35,867 nucleotides of DNA from Myxococcales bacterium (GTDB lineage: Bacteria; Myxococcota_A; Polyangia; Polyangiales; Houyiibacteriaceae): positions 1 through 35,867 of the forward strand of contig JAACVI010000224.1 of the NCBI GenBank assembly GCA_009992505.1, written 5' to 3'. Numbering within the stretch: position 1 is the stretch's first letter; each line of letters opens with the position of its first letter. Shown piece by piece: positions 20,755 through 29,682 of this stretch. The notes under the pieces were generated by a model. It saw nothing but the letters and a program-made list of their open reading frames with translations. It was not told where the DNA came from and ran no database searches. The position numbers and the translations under genes are program-made.

Positions 20755-21374
20755 GCGTCCTCCGCGAATCGATTCATGCCGTCCAACGATGCGATGCTGT
20801 CAGTCGCGTCGCGGAGAGCCTCCGCCATGCCCTCGTCCCGGACGCCCATGATGGCGACCTCGGCGCGACCGAAGAATTTCCCCAATTGGGCGCGCTCGCC
20901 CCAAACCACTGCGGCGATGTTCGCCGCCTCTGCCAACGCCAAGAGCTCCGCCTTGCGACCGCGTGCGTCCTCGGCGATGGCCAGCAGGTGAACGCTTCGC
21001 GCGCCGATGGCGTCTGCGACGGCGTCCGTCCCGATCACCAGATGACCCGCACGGCGAGCCGCGAGCAGGAGCCCGGCCACACGCGCTTCGTACTGGGCGC
21101 GCAGGCTCTCGATCAGGGTCTCGACCCCGGCCGACGCGCCAAGCGCCCGCGTGAGCCCGCCGCGGCGCACGGCCGCTTCGACGCACTTCAGGTTCGGATG
21201 CACGGACGCGCCACGCCCAGGCAGCCGGCGCCGAAGATCCACCACCACGCTGCCGCCATCGGGCTCGCGAACGACACGGGCCAACGCGTCGCGCCGGTCG
21301 TGCTGCCGACAGCCGACGCACATCCGCGTCGCCGTCTGGCGCTCACTTGTCGTCTGTTTGTCGTCGAGAGCCAA
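20751..21374 (-). CDS. ylxR: YlxR/DUF448 fused to an L7Ae-like RNA-binding domain
   Basis: N-terminal RMCVGCR...[12 protein letters not shown] and C-terminal [17 protein letters not shown]...AEDA...LGKFFGR. It lies between nusA and infB. Confidence 0.85.
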
Positions 21375-21377
21375 GAA

Positions 21378-23120
<1,743 letters not shown>

Positions 23121-23131
23121 GGGATTCGCCT

Positions 23132-23163
23132 TTGCTAGAGAGAAAGCTTGCTAGAGAGAAAGC
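23132..23163. repeat. Perfect tandem duplication, 2 x 16 bp (TTGCTAGAGAGAAAGC)
   Basis: 23132-23147 and 23148-23163 are identical, 11 nt upstream of the nusA ATG. Confidence 0.95.
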
Positions 23164-23193
23164 TCGAGGAATGCACAGAGAGTGGGGAAAGAA

Positions 23194-23223
23194 ACAGGAT
23201 CAGAAGAGACAGGATCGGAAGAG
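23194..23223. repeat. Tandem duplication, 2 x 15 bp (ACAGGATCRGAAGAG)
   Basis: ACAGGATCAGAAGAG followed by ACAGGATCGGAAGAG, one mismatch. Confidence 0.9.
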
Positions 23224-23264
23224 AGCGACAACGAGAGGGCGTTCCCGAGGGGTTCGCGCAGAGT

Positions 23265-23747
23265 TCACGTCTCATCGACGAGATGAGCGCGGGTGATGAG
23301 ATCGAAGGGGATGGCGATCGGGCTGCCATCCAGGTCGAGCTGGACTTCTTCGTCGACCAGCCCCAGGAGTTTGCCTTGAAAGCGACGCTGAGCGGCCACC
23401 GGCATCTGCGTCCGCACCATGACTTGGCGCCCCGTGAAGCGCTCGAAGTCGTCGCGCCGAACCAGGGGGCGCTCCGGACCGGGCGAGCTGACCTCAAGTC
23501 GATACGCGCCGCTCAGCAGATCATCGCGCACGTCGAGCGCGGCCGATGCGTCCCGGCTGACAGCCGTGCAATCCTCGAGCGTGATGCCGCTACCTTCGCC
23601 ACCGTCGGGGCGCGGGCGATCGAGGATGATCCTCAGGATGGCTCCCGCGGGCTCTCGCAGCTTGCGCACGTCGACCAGCTCCACGCCGTGGGCGTGGCAG
23701 ATGGGTGCGAGCAACTCTTCGAGGGGCGTTCCGAGGGCGGTGTCCAT
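23265..23747 (-). CDS. rimP: Ribosome maturation factor RimP
   Basis: GITLEDCTAVSR and YRLEVSSPGPERPL; first gene of the nusA-infB operon, with likely start ATG 23747. Confidence 0.95.
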   Translation of the reverse strand: MDTALGTPLEELLAPICHAHGVELVDVRKLREPAGAILRIILDRPRPDGGEGSGITLEDCTAVSRDASAALDVRDDLLSGAYRLEVSSPGPERPLVRRDDFERFTGRQVMVRTQMPVAAQRRFQGKLLGLVDEEVQLDLDGSPIAIPFDLITRAHLVDET

Positions 23748-23802
23748 GATATTTCTAATACTTTCGGCAACGTTTTGCCGATCCGAGGCTCGCGGTAGAG
23801 AC

Positions 23803-23830
23803 AAAAAAGGGCGGGCCGAGAGACCCACCC
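23803..23830 (-). terminator. rimP leader terminator/attenuator hairpin
   Basis: The minus strand reads GGGTGGGTC-TCTC-GGCCCGCCC-TTTTTT, a 9-bp stem with two G-U pairs plus a U6 tail, about 55 nt upstream of rimP. This resembles the widespread rimP-leader motif. Confidence 0.8.
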
Positions 23831-23977
23831 GAACGGTCAACCGACGAGTTGGACGGCTCTCCTAGCACAGCGCATCCGGGCCAGCAAGTGGCTTCAAGCC
23901 AGGGCCGGAGCGGCGTCGGGCGAGACCGCCGTGACGAGAAAACGGGCGCGCGGGAGGCGGGGCGCACGGCCCAGCGC

Positions 23978-24397
23978 TCAGCTCTCGAGCTTCGCCAGGC
24001 CGGTGAGCTCGTCGTGGTAGCGGTCCGCGTAATAGGTGAGCACATCCACCGCGTCGCGGAACTCCGAGGTATCGAGCTCGGCCGTCGGGTACTCCACCGA
24101 CAGCACCACGTCGAGGTCGTCGTCGATGGAGAACTTGGCCATCAACAGGCCGTGGTTCAGTTCGAGCAACCTGCGGTAGAGGCGCGCGCTCGCGGCCTTG
24201 GACTCGGGCGAGGTCGTGAAGGGCACGACGGCGAAGCTGATGAATCCCTCGCGATCGAGGTGGATCAGGAACGGGAAGGAACCCGCCATGCCGCGCGCCC
24301 GACTGCGCCAGGTGGTCTCGGCGATGCGCTCGCACGGCCACTCTCTGGCGTTCAGGAGGGCCTCGACGGTGGCGGGATCGATGTGGAGATGCTTCAT
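23978..24397 (-). CDS. YbjN-domain (T3SS chaperone-like fold) protein
   Basis: 139 aa, with LYRRLLELNHGLLMAKFSIDDDLDVVLSVE...EFRDAVDVLTYYADRY, typical of YbjN/CesT-like proteins. Confidence 0.8.
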   Translation of the reverse strand: MKHLHIDPATVEALLNAREWPCERIAETTWRSRARGMAGSFPFLIHLDREGFISFAVVPFTTSPESKAASARLYRRLLELNHGLLMAKFSIDDDLDVVLSVEYPTAELDTSEFRDAVDVLTYYADRYHDELTGLAKLES

Positions 24398-24427
24398 GGG
24401 GTCGCGGGTCTCATCGGGCAGCGGGCA

Positions 24428-24538
24428 CTACGGGCGGCCTCGCTCGGGCCATCGGAAGGGGCGCGGTTCGGCGCGCGCCGGAGAGACCGACAACGTGAGC
24501 GTCATCAAGGCCAGCCCGAGCGCGATCCGAAGAGCCAT
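24428..24538 (-). CDS. 36-aa mini-ORF that is mostly a Sec signal peptide, in frame with ybjN
   Basis: Translated by hand as MALRIALGLALMTLTLSVSPARA-EPRPFRWPERGRP*. A TACTTT -10-like hexamer ends 6 nt upstream of the ATG. Confidence 0.4.
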   Translation of the reverse strand: MALRIALGLALMTLTLSVSPARAEPRPFRWPERGRP

Positions 24539-24730
24539 CGGGAGAAAGTAGAGCATGGGCCCACACTTCTCTCAACTAGGCCGTGCGCCCGCGGGCCCGA
24601 CATGGTGCCACGTCCGGCTGCACACGCTGCACATCTCCAGCAGGCGCAGCAAGGGTACGTTGACTTCATATCTGGGCCTCTGATAACTGATTCACCGCTC
24701 GCGCCCATCGATGGCGCATTGGAGGGCGGT

Positions 24731-25687
24731 ATGAGGACCATGGTTCGATTGGGGCGGGGGATTGGTTTCGAAGGCAGCGCGGGCTTCGTCAGCGCGCTCA
24801 CGGCGACGCTCGTCGCCATGGCGGTCGGCGGTTGCGGAGAGAGCCGCCAGGGAGCGTGGGACACCACGCCCACGGCCTCCAACGGCGCCGTCGAGCAGAG
24901 CTCCACTTCGCACCACGACGAGCTCGTGGCCGCGGGCGAGGCCGCCTGGGCGCAGCGCGACGAGCTCGCGCAGGTCGACACGGCGATCCAGCAGTTTCAG
25001 GCAGCCGTCGAGGCCGAGCCGGGCGACCACGAGTCGTGGGTGAAGCTCTCGCGGGCGCTCTACTTCAAGTCCGATTGTCATCTGCGCTTCCAGGACGGCG
25101 CCGACGAGCAGTTCTTGGCCAGCTTCGAGCAGGGCACGCAGGCGGCGGAGCACGCCCTGGTCGCGCTGAGCGCGGACTTCGGCGAGCGCATGCGCGCGGG
25201 GACGCGCATCGAGGAGGCGGTGGACACGTTGGACGCCTCGGCCGTGCCGGCGCTCTACTGGCGCTCGAGCAACCTGGGCAAGTGGGCCTCGGCCAAGGGC
25301 TTCGCCACGCTGCTCTCCTACAAGGACGAGATCCGCGCGATCATGCAGCGCTGCCTGGACCTCGACCCGACCTACAACCACTACGGCCCGGACCGCTACT
25401 TCGGCGTGTTCTACGGGCGCGCGCCCTCCTTCGCCGGCGGTGACCTCGAGCAGAGCCGAGAGCACTTCGAGACCTCGATGGAGCACGAGCCCAACTACTT
25501 CGCCACCCACGTGCTGATGGCGCAGGACTACGCGATCAAGGCTCAGGATCGCGCGCTCTTCGATCAGCAGCTGCAGTGGGTGCTGAGCCATGATCCCGAG
25601 TCCATGCCCGAGCTCGCGCCCGAGAACCGCTGCGAGCAGCGCAAGGCCCGTGAGCTGCTCGAGAACGCGGACGAGCACTTCGAGTAG
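24731..25687 (+). CDS. TatT-like TPR lipoprotein (TPAT/TRAP transporter T component)
   Basis: C-terminal part of ORF 23849..25687. ATG 24731 follows GGAGGG. Lipobox VGG-C, helical TPR-like body with GPDRYFGVFYGRAPSFAGGDLEQSREHFE, directly upstream of a DctP gene. Confidence 0.8.
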   Translation: MRTMVRLGRGIGFEGSAGFVSALTATLVAMAVGGCGESRQGAWDTTPTASNGAVEQSSTSHHDELVAAGEAAWAQRDELAQVDTAIQQFQAAVEAEPGDHESWVKLSRALYFKSDCHLRFQDGADEQFLASFEQGTQAAEHALVALSADFGERMRAGTRIEEAVDTLDASAVPALYWRSSNLGKWASAKGFATLLSYKDEIRAIMQRCLDLDPTYNHYGPDRYFGVFYGRAPSFAGGDLEQSREHFETSMEHEPNYFATHVLMAQDYAIKAQDRALFDQQLQWVLSHDPESMPELAPENRCEQRKARELLENADEHFE

Positions 25688-25795
25688 TCGGTCGCGACCG
25701 CGCGGTCGCTCGCCCTGCCGCCAACCCTCTGGGCGGCGTCCACTGAATACCTCCCCCTACGCCTCGTCTGGTCGAGGTAGCCCCGTGGAGCGGAC

Positions 25796-26818
25796 ATGAA
25801 CCTGAAGAAGCATCTTCCCCTGTATCTGGCGGCGCTCTCTGCCGCGATCTGCGCGCTCGTGCTGAGCCTCGGCGGAGGCGTGGGCGCCCAGGAGCGCATC
25901 GTCATGAAGGTGGCGACTGTCGCGCCCGAAGGCACGCCCTGGGAGCAGCAGCTCCGACGCTTCAAGCATTACGTCGAAGAGGGCACGGGCGGACGCGTGC
26001 AGGTGAAGATGTTCATGGGTGGCTCCCTCGGTGGCGAGAAGGCCCTCGTCCGACGCACGGCCCAGGGCAGCATCCAGGTCTTCGCGGGCTCGACCGCGGC
26101 GCTCGGTTCGCTCGTCCAGGAGATGAACGTCGTCGAGTCGCCTTATCTCTTCGCCGACGGCGCCGCCGCGGACACCGCCCTCGACAACGAAGCGGTCAAG
26201 GCGCAGGTGCGGACGCTGGTGGCGCGCCGAGGCTTCACCTTCGGCTTCTGGGCGGAGAATGGCTTCCGCTCCTGGTTCACGAAGGATCGCCCGATCCGCA
26301 CACCGTCGGACCTCTCGGGCCTGCGCATGCGCTCTCAGGAGGCGCTCGTGCACCTCGAGACCTACCGCGCCCTGGGCGCGAGCCCCGTGCCCATCGACGT
26401 GACCAACGTGCTGACGAGCCTGCAGACGGGCGTGGTGGACGGCTTCGACAACACGCCCCTCTTCGCCTTCGCGACCAGCTGGTACCAGGCGGCGCATCAC
26501 CTCGCGCTGAGTCGTCACGCCTATCAGCCCGGCATCATCGTCTACTCGAAGCGTTGGTTCGACGGGCTCCCGGCCGACATCCAGGAGGTTCTGCGCAATG
26601 TGCCTCAGGACATGGTGCAGGAAGGACGCACCAACGTGCGGCGCATGGACCCGATCCTGATCCGCAACCTCGAGCGCTATGGGCTCGAAGTCCACGAGCC
26701 CTCCAGCGCCGAGCGCGCGAGCTTCGCCGCGGCGACCCACACCGTGGCCGATCGTGTGGCGACGAAGGTCGGCCCCGGCGGCCGCGACCTGCTCCGCGCC
26801 ATTCGCGCCGCGCACTAA
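25796..26818 (+). CDS. dctP: TRAP transporter solute-binding protein (DctP/TatP)
   Basis: Signal peptide, then MKVATVAPEGTPW, GGSLGGE, ENGFR, PSDLSGLRMRS, LGASPVPI and LQTGVVDGFDN. Confidence 0.92.
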   Translation: MNLKKHLPLYLAALSAAICALVLSLGGGVGAQERIVMKVATVAPEGTPWEQQLRRFKHYVEEGTGGRVQVKMFMGGSLGGEKALVRRTAQGSIQVFAGSTAALGSLVQEMNVVESPYLFADGAAADTALDNEAVKAQVRTLVARRGFTFGFWAENGFRSWFTKDRPIRTPSDLSGLRMRSQEALVHLETYRALGASPVPIDVTNVLTSLQTGVVDGFDNTPLFAFATSWYQAAHHLALSRHAYQPGIIVYSKRWFDGLPADIQEVLRNVPQDMVQEGRTNVRRMDPILIRNLERYGLEVHEPSSAERASFAAATHTVADRVATKVGPGGRDLLRAIRAAH

Positions 26819-26985
26819 CTTCTGGAGAGTCTGTCCGCAGACCCTGCCCCGCGGCGGGCGGCCGCAGCGGGCCACATCACGCCTCGGCGGGACGAAGGGT
26901 GCGTGCCGTTCACGTCCACGCGTCGCGCTGTACGCGGCCCGACGAGCGTGGCCCTACTGGCCGACGCGTCGCGCGGTCGGGGTGG

Positions 26986-27750
26986 CTAGGCGCCAGCCGC
27001 CATCTGCGCCGCGGGCAGGTGCCCGGGGACACGCAGGCGATCGCCGTAGCGCGAGATGAGCTTCTCCGCGATCTGATGCGCGAGGGGGGTGTCGACGTCG
27101 ATCCAGGTCGCGTCGCCCACGTCCGCCACCCGCATCTTGCCGGCCGCGGCCAGCGCCCCGACGCCCTGCGAGAGAGAGACGCCCTCGGGTCCATCCGCGC
27201 GGTCGAGCGCCTCGATCAGCGCCGGCGTGATGCGGAAGACGCCCGTGTCGATCACGTCGTAGTCCGTGAGCTCCTTGCCGATGCCCACGACCCGATCGCC
27301 TTCGATGCGCACCTTCGTGGCGTCCTCGAGGTCGAAGCAACGATCGATGCGGCGATCCACGCCCAGCACGGCCTCGTCGTCCGCGAGCGGATAGGCGGCC
27401 ACGCGACTGAAGAGCTCGTCGCTCCAGAGGTGATCGCTCATCATCAGATACGTCGGCCCGGTCACAAGCTCGCGTGCCTTGAGCAGCGAGGTGCCGTTGG
27501 GCTTGTCGTATTCGTCGTTCTGGATGAAGCGCAGCGTCAGGCGGAAGTGATAGCGCTCGAGTCCACGAATCAGCTCCTCACCGAGGTAGCCGACCACGAT
27601 CCCGACCTCGTCGACGCCCGCGCGCTCGAGGCTCCGTAGCACACGCACGATCAGCGGAACGCCACCGACCCGCTTCAGCGGCTTCGGAAAGTCGAAGCCC
27701 TTCACGAGTCGTGTGCCCTTGCCCGCTGCCAGTATGATTGCTCGGTTCAT
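26986..27750 (-). CDS. NTP transferase, likely CTP:inositol-1-phosphate cytidylyltransferase (IPCT); LicC-like choline-phosphate cytidylyltransferase not excluded
   Basis: AIILAAGKGTRL, PKPL, NGTSLL, MMSDHL, DLEDATKV, DTGVF and WIDVDT. Start ATG 27750, divergent from ino1. Confidence 0.75.
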   Translation of the reverse strand: MNRAIILAAGKGTRLVKGFDFPKPLKRVGGVPLIVRVLRSLERAGVDEVGIVVGYLGEELIRGLERYHFRLTLRFIQNDEYDKPNGTSLLKARELVTGPTYLMMSDHLWSDELFSRVAAYPLADDEAVLGVDRRIDRCFDLEDATKVRIEGDRVVGIGKELTDYDVIDTGVFRITPALIEALDRADGPEGVSLSQGVGALAAAGKMRVADVGDATWIDVDTPLAHQIAEKLISRYGDRLRVPGHLPAAQMAAGA

Positions 27751-27894
27751 CTCAGCTCCGGTCACTCGAAGGTCGTCTCTTGGTCCACGAGCCCAGTCAT
27801 TCGTTGCAGGAAATCCACACGAGTGAATGGGAGCAACGGAGGGAGGGCAAGAATTCGGAGAATCCGAGCCGACCGGCCGTCTTCGTAGCTGCAA

Positions 27895-27910
27895 AGCAGG
27901 ATCCGTGCCG
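27895..27910 (-). promoter_or_regulatory. Sigma54 -24/-12 promoter facing the IPCT-like gene
   Basis: The minus strand reads CGGCACGGATCCTGCT: GG-N10-GC with a GGCACG core. Confidence 0.6.
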
Positions 27911-28128
27911 AGGCCGTGTCCTCGTTTGGGGCCGGTCCCCGGGCGCCTTCGAACTCCATGGAGTGCGGGAAATGGCGGGCAATCCGAGATCGAGCCCGCC
28001 TCGCGGCTCGACCCATGTCACGCGCAGCCACACGGGAGCGTGCCGCCCGGCAACACTTCTGGCCACTGGTGTATCCAGTCCACCACGACCTTCCGGCAAA
28101 CTCCGCAGCAAAATTCCGGCCGGGCAGC

Positions 28129-28144
28129 CGGCACGATGTTTGCG
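28129..28144 (+). promoter_or_regulatory. Sigma54 -24/-12 promoter facing ino1
   Basis: CGGCACGATGTTTGCG versus the consensus TGGCACG-N4-TTGC, with exact GG-N10-GC spacing. Confidence 0.7.
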
Positions 28145-28270
28145 AGTGACTTTTGCAACGCTCGGTCCTAGGGAGCGACGTGAAATCGACGCGGGCATGT
28201 GCTACGCCCGCCCATCGCCGCCTCGCTGACGGCAAAAAATCGACGCGGTGAAGGCCGCAGGAGTGCGCTC

Positions 28271-29584
28271 ATGAAGAAGCCCGTGAAAATCCCCAAGGCC
28301 GAAGGCCGTTTAGGCGTTCTACTGCCCGGCATGGGAGCCGTCGGCACGACGTTCATCGCGGGCTGCCTGCTCGCGCGCAAAGGCCTGGCCGAGCCCATCG
28401 GTTCCCTGACCCAGATGGGCACGATCCGCCTGGGCAAGCGCACCGATGGACGCAGCCCGAAGATCTCCGAGCTCGTCTCCCTGGCGAAGCTCGACGATCT
28501 CGTCTTCGGCGGCTGGGACCTCTTCCCCGTGAGCGCCTACGAGGCCGCCAAGGAGGCGGACGTGCTCAAGCGCGAGCATCTCGACGCCATCAAGGACGAG
28601 CTCGAGGCCATTCGCCCCATGCCCGCGGTCTTCTTCCCCGAGTTCGTGAAGCGCTTGCGCGGCGAGAACGTGAAGACCCAGACCAACAAGATGGAGCTGG
28701 GCGAAGCGGTTCGTCAGGACATCCGCGACTTCATCAAGAACAACGGCCTCGATCGTGCCGTCGCCGTCTGGTGTGGCTCGACCGAGGTCTATCGTGAGCC
28801 CACCGAGGTCCACGCGAGCCTCTCGGCCTTCGAGCAGGGCCTGCGCGACAGCAGCCCCGACATCAGCCCCTCGCAGGTCTACGCCTGGGCGTGTCTGAAG
28901 GAGGGCGTGCCCTACACCAACGGCGCTCCTCATCTGACGACGGAAGCGGACGCCCTGCTGGAGCTGGCGCGTGAGACGCGCACGCCCGTCTGCGGCAAGG
29001 ACTTCAAGACGGGCCAGACCCTGATGAAGACGCTGATCGCCCCCGGCCTGCGCGCACGCATGATCGGCATCCAGGGTTGGTTCTCGACCAACATCCTCGG
29101 CAATCGCGACGGCGAAGTCCTCGACGATCCCGACAGCTTCAAGTCCAAAGAGGTCAGCAAGCTCGGAGTCTTGGAGACGATCCTTCAGCCGGAGCTTCAT
29201 CCGAAGCTCTATGGCAACATGTACCACAAGGTCCGCATCAACTATTACCCGCCGCGCGGAGACCAGAAGGAGGGCTGGGACAACATCGACATCTTCGGTT
29301 GGCTCGGCTATCCGATGCAGATCAAGGTCGACTTCCTGTGTCGCGACTCCATCTTGGCGGCGCCGCTGGTGCTCGACCTCGCGCTCTTCATGGACCTGGC
29401 CAAGCGCGCGGAGATGAGCGGCATCCAGGAGTGGCTGTCCTTCTACTTCAAGGCGCCCATGACGGCGCCCGGGCTGTACCCGGAGAACGATCTCTTCGTA
29501 CAGTTGATGAAGATGAAGAACATGCTTCGCTGGATGAACAACGAAGACCTCATCACGCACCTCGGCCACGAATACTACGACTGA
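28271..29584 (+). CDS. ino1: myo-inositol-1-phosphate synthase
   Basis: GMGAVG, GGWD, CGSTE, GKDFKTGQT, STNILGNRDG, SKEVSK, GDQKEGWD and CRDSILAAP. Start ATG 28271 follows AGGAG. Confidence 0.93.
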   Translation: MKKPVKIPKAEGRLGVLLPGMGAVGTTFIAGCLLARKGLAEPIGSLTQMGTIRLGKRTDGRSPKISELVSLAKLDDLVFGGWDLFPVSAYEAAKEADVLKREHLDAIKDELEAIRPMPAVFFPEFVKRLRGENVKTQTNKMELGEAVRQDIRDFIKNNGLDRAVAVWCGSTEVYREPTEVHASLSAFEQGLRDSSPDISPSQVYAWACLKEGVPYTNGAPHLTTEADALLELARETRTPVCGKDFKTGQTLMKTLIAPGLRARMIGIQGWFSTNILGNRDGEVLDDPDSFKSKEVSKLGVLETILQPELHPKLYGNMYHKVRINYYPPRGDQKEGWDNIDIFGWLGYPMQIKVDFLCRDSILAAPLVLDLALFMDLAKRAEMSGIQEWLSFYFKAPMTAPGLYPENDLFVQLMKMKNMLRWMNNEDLITHLGHEYYD

Positions 29585-29612
29585 GCTCGAGCCCCGAGCC
29601 TGTCGCTCATAT

Positions 29613-29654
29613 CGAGACGCCCCGTGGATCGAAGGGTCCCGGGGCGTTTCGTTT
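29613..29654 (+). terminator. Intrinsic terminator between convergent ino1 and L,D-transpeptidase genes
   Basis: CGAGACGCCCCG-T-GGATC-GAAG-GGTCC-CGGGGCGTTTCG-TTT, a long stem with a T-rich tail. Confidence 0.7.
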
Positions 29655-29682
29655 GCGACCGCTTCCTGTCCGACTGGTGGGA

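Noticed and set aside
24428-24430. Genome-wide amber recoding or pyrrolysine
   Set aside because: TAG acts as a normal stop for other genes here (for example hmgL, tatT-like, ybeY), and no pyl genes or tRNA are seen. Only local readthrough remains possible.
24594-24610. TGGCAC on the minus strand upstream of ybjN as a sigma54 site
   Set aside because: The downstream GC is at N11 rather than N10, and there is no TTGC.
23849-24730. Long N-terminal extension of the TatT ORF (612 aa)
   Set aside because: It overlaps ybjN on the opposite strand. The SD and lipoprotein signal point to a start at 24731 or just after.
27738-28235. ORFs within the IPCT-ino1 spacer
   Set aside because: They have atypical composition and no motifs, and the region is better explained as divergent promoters.
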